Below, in pieces: positions 59,295-64,000 of a stretch of DNA of 64,000 bases. The stretch is from Amoebophrya sp. A120. Lineage: Eukaryota; Protista; Dinoflagellata. The stretch spans positions 225,760 through 289,759 of the forward strand of contig CAJINV010000021.1 in the NCBI GenBank assembly GCA_905178155.1. The letters run 5' to 3'. A program made the position numbers and the translations under genes. Below the pieces are notes generated by a model, which had not been told where the DNA came from, made no database searches, and saw nothing but the letters and a program-made list of their open reading frames with translations. How positions within the stretch are numbered: position 1 is the stretch's first letter; every line of letters starts with the position of its first letter.

Positions 59295-60653
59295 ATATTC
59301 TTTTCGTACTGAGAGAGTGTCGTTCCTTCTTGCTGAAGGTTGTACTGTTGGGCGTTTAGGATTTTGCTGCACCCGCATTTTCACTTGTTGTAGAAAACAG
59401 AAATAGAAGATTCTGTCGAGGCACAGGCACTAAGTACCTACTTAAGTACCTCCCGAAAGAAACGGATGAGCATGAGGATCATCAACGGCGAGAGCTTGCA
59501 GTTTTTGCTCTTGGCTGCGAAACAAGTACTTAGATTTTGATCTAAATGTATCTGCGGAGCAGGTTCTAGCACTGCGCTAATCGGTGCAAGCTCAAACTAC
59601 TGGCCAATTTTTGGCGATCGGTGCAAGCAAAACTGAGTTGTTACAGAGAAAGTTCACATGAAATGAAATTAAATGCCCGACAGACCACACAGATCTCGCA
59701 AAAATTGAAAATCGGATTCTGAAATAACGCTGCAATTGCGATTCACCAAAAAATGGAAGTCTTGTCTCATGGTAACGAAAAACTGCATACGATCTAGAGA
59801 AACGAGTTTTAGTTCAGAGCTTGCCGATCAAAATTTTGGGCATGGTTCTGGAAATTTAAGTTGACCATCGATTTTGGCGGGTACTATTTCGGCGCTGCTG
59901 TTTTTTTATTTTCGATCAGTCTTGACCCTTTCACGTATTCTGTTTCAAATTTTTTACAGGCACAGGGTGAGGTGGCAGAAGTACTCTGTAGCTTACGGCG
60001 GAATCATAAACCATTTTAGGTTATAGAATCAGCGCGACTGAAAACTTCCAGATTTTTCTCGCGTTGAGTATATATCATTTGAAAAGAAGGAGCTTATCAG
60101 ATTGATTTTGGTTTATTTTTTTGCTAGAGAGTTGAATTACCCCCTTCTATTTGGAAGATTTGTCACAAAGACATGTCTGCTACAGCCCCTACTTCAAAAA
60201 TCTTCGCTAGTGCATCAGCTGTAAGTACTACCTCCACCGCTCCACGTCTGTATAACAATAAATACGTTTCTTTTAACAATGTCGTTGAAAGGGACGCTGA
60301 AGATTGTGATGACTTCAAAAAAAGTCGCTACTTTTGAACAAAAACAAAACAACTAGGGCCCAGTACGTTTAGCAGCAAGGACTCCGAATTTGCGTCAGCA
60401 GAAACGCAATAAGAGCTTGCTCGCGACTGGTTGGTGCCGAGGTAGTAACAGAAACCTCAACAAACAGGGAAAGTTATCTTTTCATTTGATACTTCATTTG
60501 AAAGCATTTTTATCTTGCAAGGCCTAGTAGTACCCACGACGAGCGGTCCTCTCGTCTCGTATCCGATCCTCTGACTGGCCACCACGACGATCCTTTCAGA
60601 GGCACCCAGATCCACGCAACAGCAACAGGAAGGAACACGTAGCTGAAATAGAA

Positions 60654-63600
60654 ATGAGCGATTCCTTCCAAGACCGTCCGGCGTACACCGCCGGCTACGC
60701 CCTCGCCTCCCCGGGTCTGATCGCGTTCTATGCTACCGTTGCCGCGCTCGTGCTCTGCACGGTCATCTTCCGCCTCGCCGCCGGGTCCAGGTACCGGTCG
60801 TCCGTTTCCGTTTTTGAGAAGAACAACTACGAGGGGAAAAAGCTTTCGTACCACGTGCAGATTGGGTACAGAAGGAACTTTTTTGGCAGTTTCCTCTACG
60901 CCTGCTGGCTCGCGGTTCCGGTCCTCGTGCAGGGGATTTTGTTTATCCTCTGTCTCGCCATGCTGGAGGAGAAGGACGTGGACAAGTGGCTGTGGCTGAC
61001 GAATGGGACTTTCGATTTGAAAATCTGCACGCGGAACATGATAACACTTGGGAGTGACGTATTATATTGCAACCAGGACTACGGACCGTCATCCGGGGCG
61101 TTTTCCTTCCGCAACATCGGGTTTGTGTTTTTCGTTTTCTGGAATTTCTTCCTGTTGAACATGTATCTCATCGTCTCGGAGAAACTCCGTTTCCGGGCCA
61201 ACTTCTACATCCCGTGCGCGCTCTGGGAATGCGAATTCGTCATGCTGGAGGAGTGGTTTATCATGGACGAGAAAGTCGCGAAAGTGGAACCAGGAGCGGT
61301 TCTTTTAGCCGGCGCGGGAACTACAACAAACAGTAACACTAACATCAAAGCTGGTCCTCGTGCTGACAAAGATGATGGCAGAAATGCGGCGCCGATGGCT
61401 GCCACCACGCCAACAAGCTCCACGAGCAGCAGCAGCGGAAAGAACAAAGCGAACAAAAGAAAAAACAAGATAAAGCAACAACTTGGACTTCAGGAAGAAA
61501 CTGCAGAAAAAGATCGCGATAAAGCGGTCGCGATGAACAACAATCGGACCGAACAAGAGGACTCCCTCCTTTTGATCATTTCTGACCTGAAGGTGTGCAC
61601 CCCGGAACTGACAGACATCATATACGACTCCCGGTACCTGTTCGCGATGAAGTACGTGGGGTACCGAGAGATCGGCGTAGTCAGCTACAGCCAGCTGGGG
61701 GAGAACCTGTCGGAGGCGGAAATTGAGGAATTCGAAGCCTACCTGCGCAGCATCAACTTCGGGCCGGAAGACCAGGACAACATGAGCTGCGAAGATAACA
61801 CGTTCTTGGCAGAAGACTCGAGCACGGAACATAAGATGGACGAGAAGCACTACCCCACGCACTGGTTCTGGTTCCGGTGCACCCACTACTTTTACTGCCA
61901 TCGGCGGAATTGTTTTCTGGAACCGCGCAACGAATTCACTGACAACGACGTGAATACAAAACAGTTTCTGGACACCTACCGAGGATTCTTGACCAAAACT
62001 GGTATTAACGCGGCCGCGATGAACAAACAAGCTCAAACGGGTCAAAACAATTCCAGTCGTGTGTCCGATGAAGGACGGGAAGTAGAAGAGTTGAGGCGTA
62101 GTTCATCTTCAACCTCCGCCGAGCAAGAACTTCTTGCTGAGGACTTCCGGCAGCCCAGTTCCGCTTTCCTTTCCCAACGGAAATACGAGATTCTGGGGGA
62201 GAACAAGATTTCCGTGGAGTGTAAGCCCTACGGGTGGTATCTATCGCAGGAATTTTGCGACTTTACCACTTTGTTCCAATTGCACTGCTTGTGGGCTCCG
62301 AGTATATTCACGAACTGGATGCTCGCGATTGTCTCCGGCGTGATGTGCCTGCTGTTTGGCATGCGGAACGCCTGGAACACGTTCGACGCACAGAGGGAGA
62401 TCCAGCGGCTCGCGAGCCGGACCAGCGAGGATTTCGTACACGTCTTTCGTTACGTTGGGAGGAAGAAAACCGGGAGGAAAAACAACTACAACGACGGAGT
62501 CGTCGGGCCCTTCTCCACCACCACCTCGCGAGGTGGATTCGAACAACAAAATAAATTCCTGCAACCCGCGACCAGCAGCGTGCAGAACCGGTCTCGACCC
62601 ATGTTCGAAATGGAGTCCGTCCACGTCTCCGAACTCGTTCCTGGGGATCTAGTGGAGATCCCCGCGACAGGCGTGGTCCCCTGCGACTGCGTCGTGGTTG
62701 AAGGTGCTGTGGTGGTAAACGAGAGCAATCTGACCGGGGAAGCCATGCCGATCCAGAAGTTTGCGCTCGAAGGAAACGCCTCGGAGAGACTCTGCTGGAA
62801 ACGGCACGCGAAGAAGAACATTTTATGCGCGGGGACGGCCATCATGCAGAGCCGGGGGAAGACCGGGAACGACCCGGCCGTCGCGGTGGTGCTGGCAACG
62901 GCCGCGGGAACAACTAAGGGGTTGATGATTCGAAGTATCATCTACGCGGAAGAGGTAATTTTTACTAGTATCTATGGGTTTGATTGTGATTCATTTTTTC
63001 AACACCACAGTTGCGTTTGGTTTTGATTTGTTTACTTCGTACAGACAAAAACATTGACTGGGAATCTTCATCATGTTCTTTCACACCTAATCTTGTTCTC
63101 AGGTTCATTTCGAACTTTACGACAAGCTGCCAATCGCAGTGCTGATGAATGCCACTTTTGCCGGAGTTGTCGCGATGCTCACGATCTTCAGCCAAGCCGA
63201 ATGGCAGGCATTGTTGATCGCGGGCTATTTCGAAGCGGTTTGTATCATAGTTCAAAAACGCAACGGCCACTTTAATATACCCAGAATTTTTGGTGTTGGT
63301 CTTGCATGGTAATATTAAAACTAAGCGGGCCCGCCAGCGCGGAGGACGCTGCATGAGCGTGTGATGTTGTTGTCTGGCCGCTAGTTTTAACACAGTTGAC
63401 AGCACAACAATAGATACAGCTTCTCCTGGATTTGATATTCTCGTGTTTGATGCGGTTTTGATTTTGATAGATGGTGCAATATCCCGCCTGGTTTCCCCCC
63501 TGATTCTGGTTGGCTTCAAGATCACGCAGGGCCAGGCCGCGGCCCGGTTAAAGAGTGGTCCCTACGAAATCCAGTGTTTGAGCTATCGGCGGATTCCCAT

Positions 63601-64000
63601 GGCGGGAAAGATGGAGGTCCAGTGCTTCGACAAAACGGGGACATTGACAGAAGAGTCGCTGCATCTGCACGCGGTACAGGCGGCGCTTCTTTCTGCGAAA
63701 CATTTAGGACTGGAGGAGAATTTTTACGCAACCGGTGGTGCGACGTCGAATGGTGCTTCTAGTTGTGCAACGGGTGGTCTCATGACCAGAAAACAAGTAG
63801 AACAAGATACGACAGCCACGACGACTTCTCAGCCACCACTCACCGTGCACATGGGCGCTTTACATCAGACCACGAGTGGCGGGCGCGATATGCTGCGTGC
63901 CAACTCGCACGTGTTCAGCCTGGCGGACCTCGCCGCCAGTACCTGTGACACCGTGACGGTGCTCGACGACGGGGTGACATTGGCGGGGAATAAGGTAGAG
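60654..64000 (+). CDS. P5-type (ATP13A-like) P-type ATPase, 3'-truncated by the window
   Basis: Exons ~60654-62954, 63103-63242, 63475 onward. Motifs LVPGD, VPCD, VNESNLTGEAMP, TTKGLMIRSI, CFDKTGTLTEE. Confidence 0.9.
63243..63469. mobile_element. Decayed TAT...ATA introner
   Basis: IR tatcatagttcaaaaacgca / tgcggttttgattttgata; removal plus 5 nt keeps the frame into DKTGT. Confidence 0.85.

Overview
Eukaryotic, intron-rich DNA with every supported protein gene on the + strand. The gene style and intron type point to a syndinian dinoflagellate such as Amoebophrya (inference). Host genes: GH16 glucanase, GH45-like endoglucanase, an adenylation-domain/membrane protein, three paralogous 2OG-Fe(II) (TET/JBP-like) dioxygenases, an inositol polyphosphate kinase-like protein, a P5-type ATPase (runs off the window) and several hypotheticals. 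About 16 introns are non-canonical TAT...ATA inverted-repeat elements (introners) with 5-bp flanking duplications; removing the element plus 5 nt restores the frame each time. The standout is 21-33.5 kb: a spliced DIRS-type retroelement-like cluster (large Gag-like ORF, small Cys/His protein, RT-RNase H, tyrosine recombinase). Its introns host six structured ncRNA-like units, each preceded by the same ~40-bp motif (TTGCCCGAA-N4/5-GTRTTTAGCA-N5/6-ATTCTGGCTA). Three units look like box C/D RNAs, and one carries a guide complementary to the hairpin loops of the other two. All gene models and RNA structures were derived by eye and are untested.
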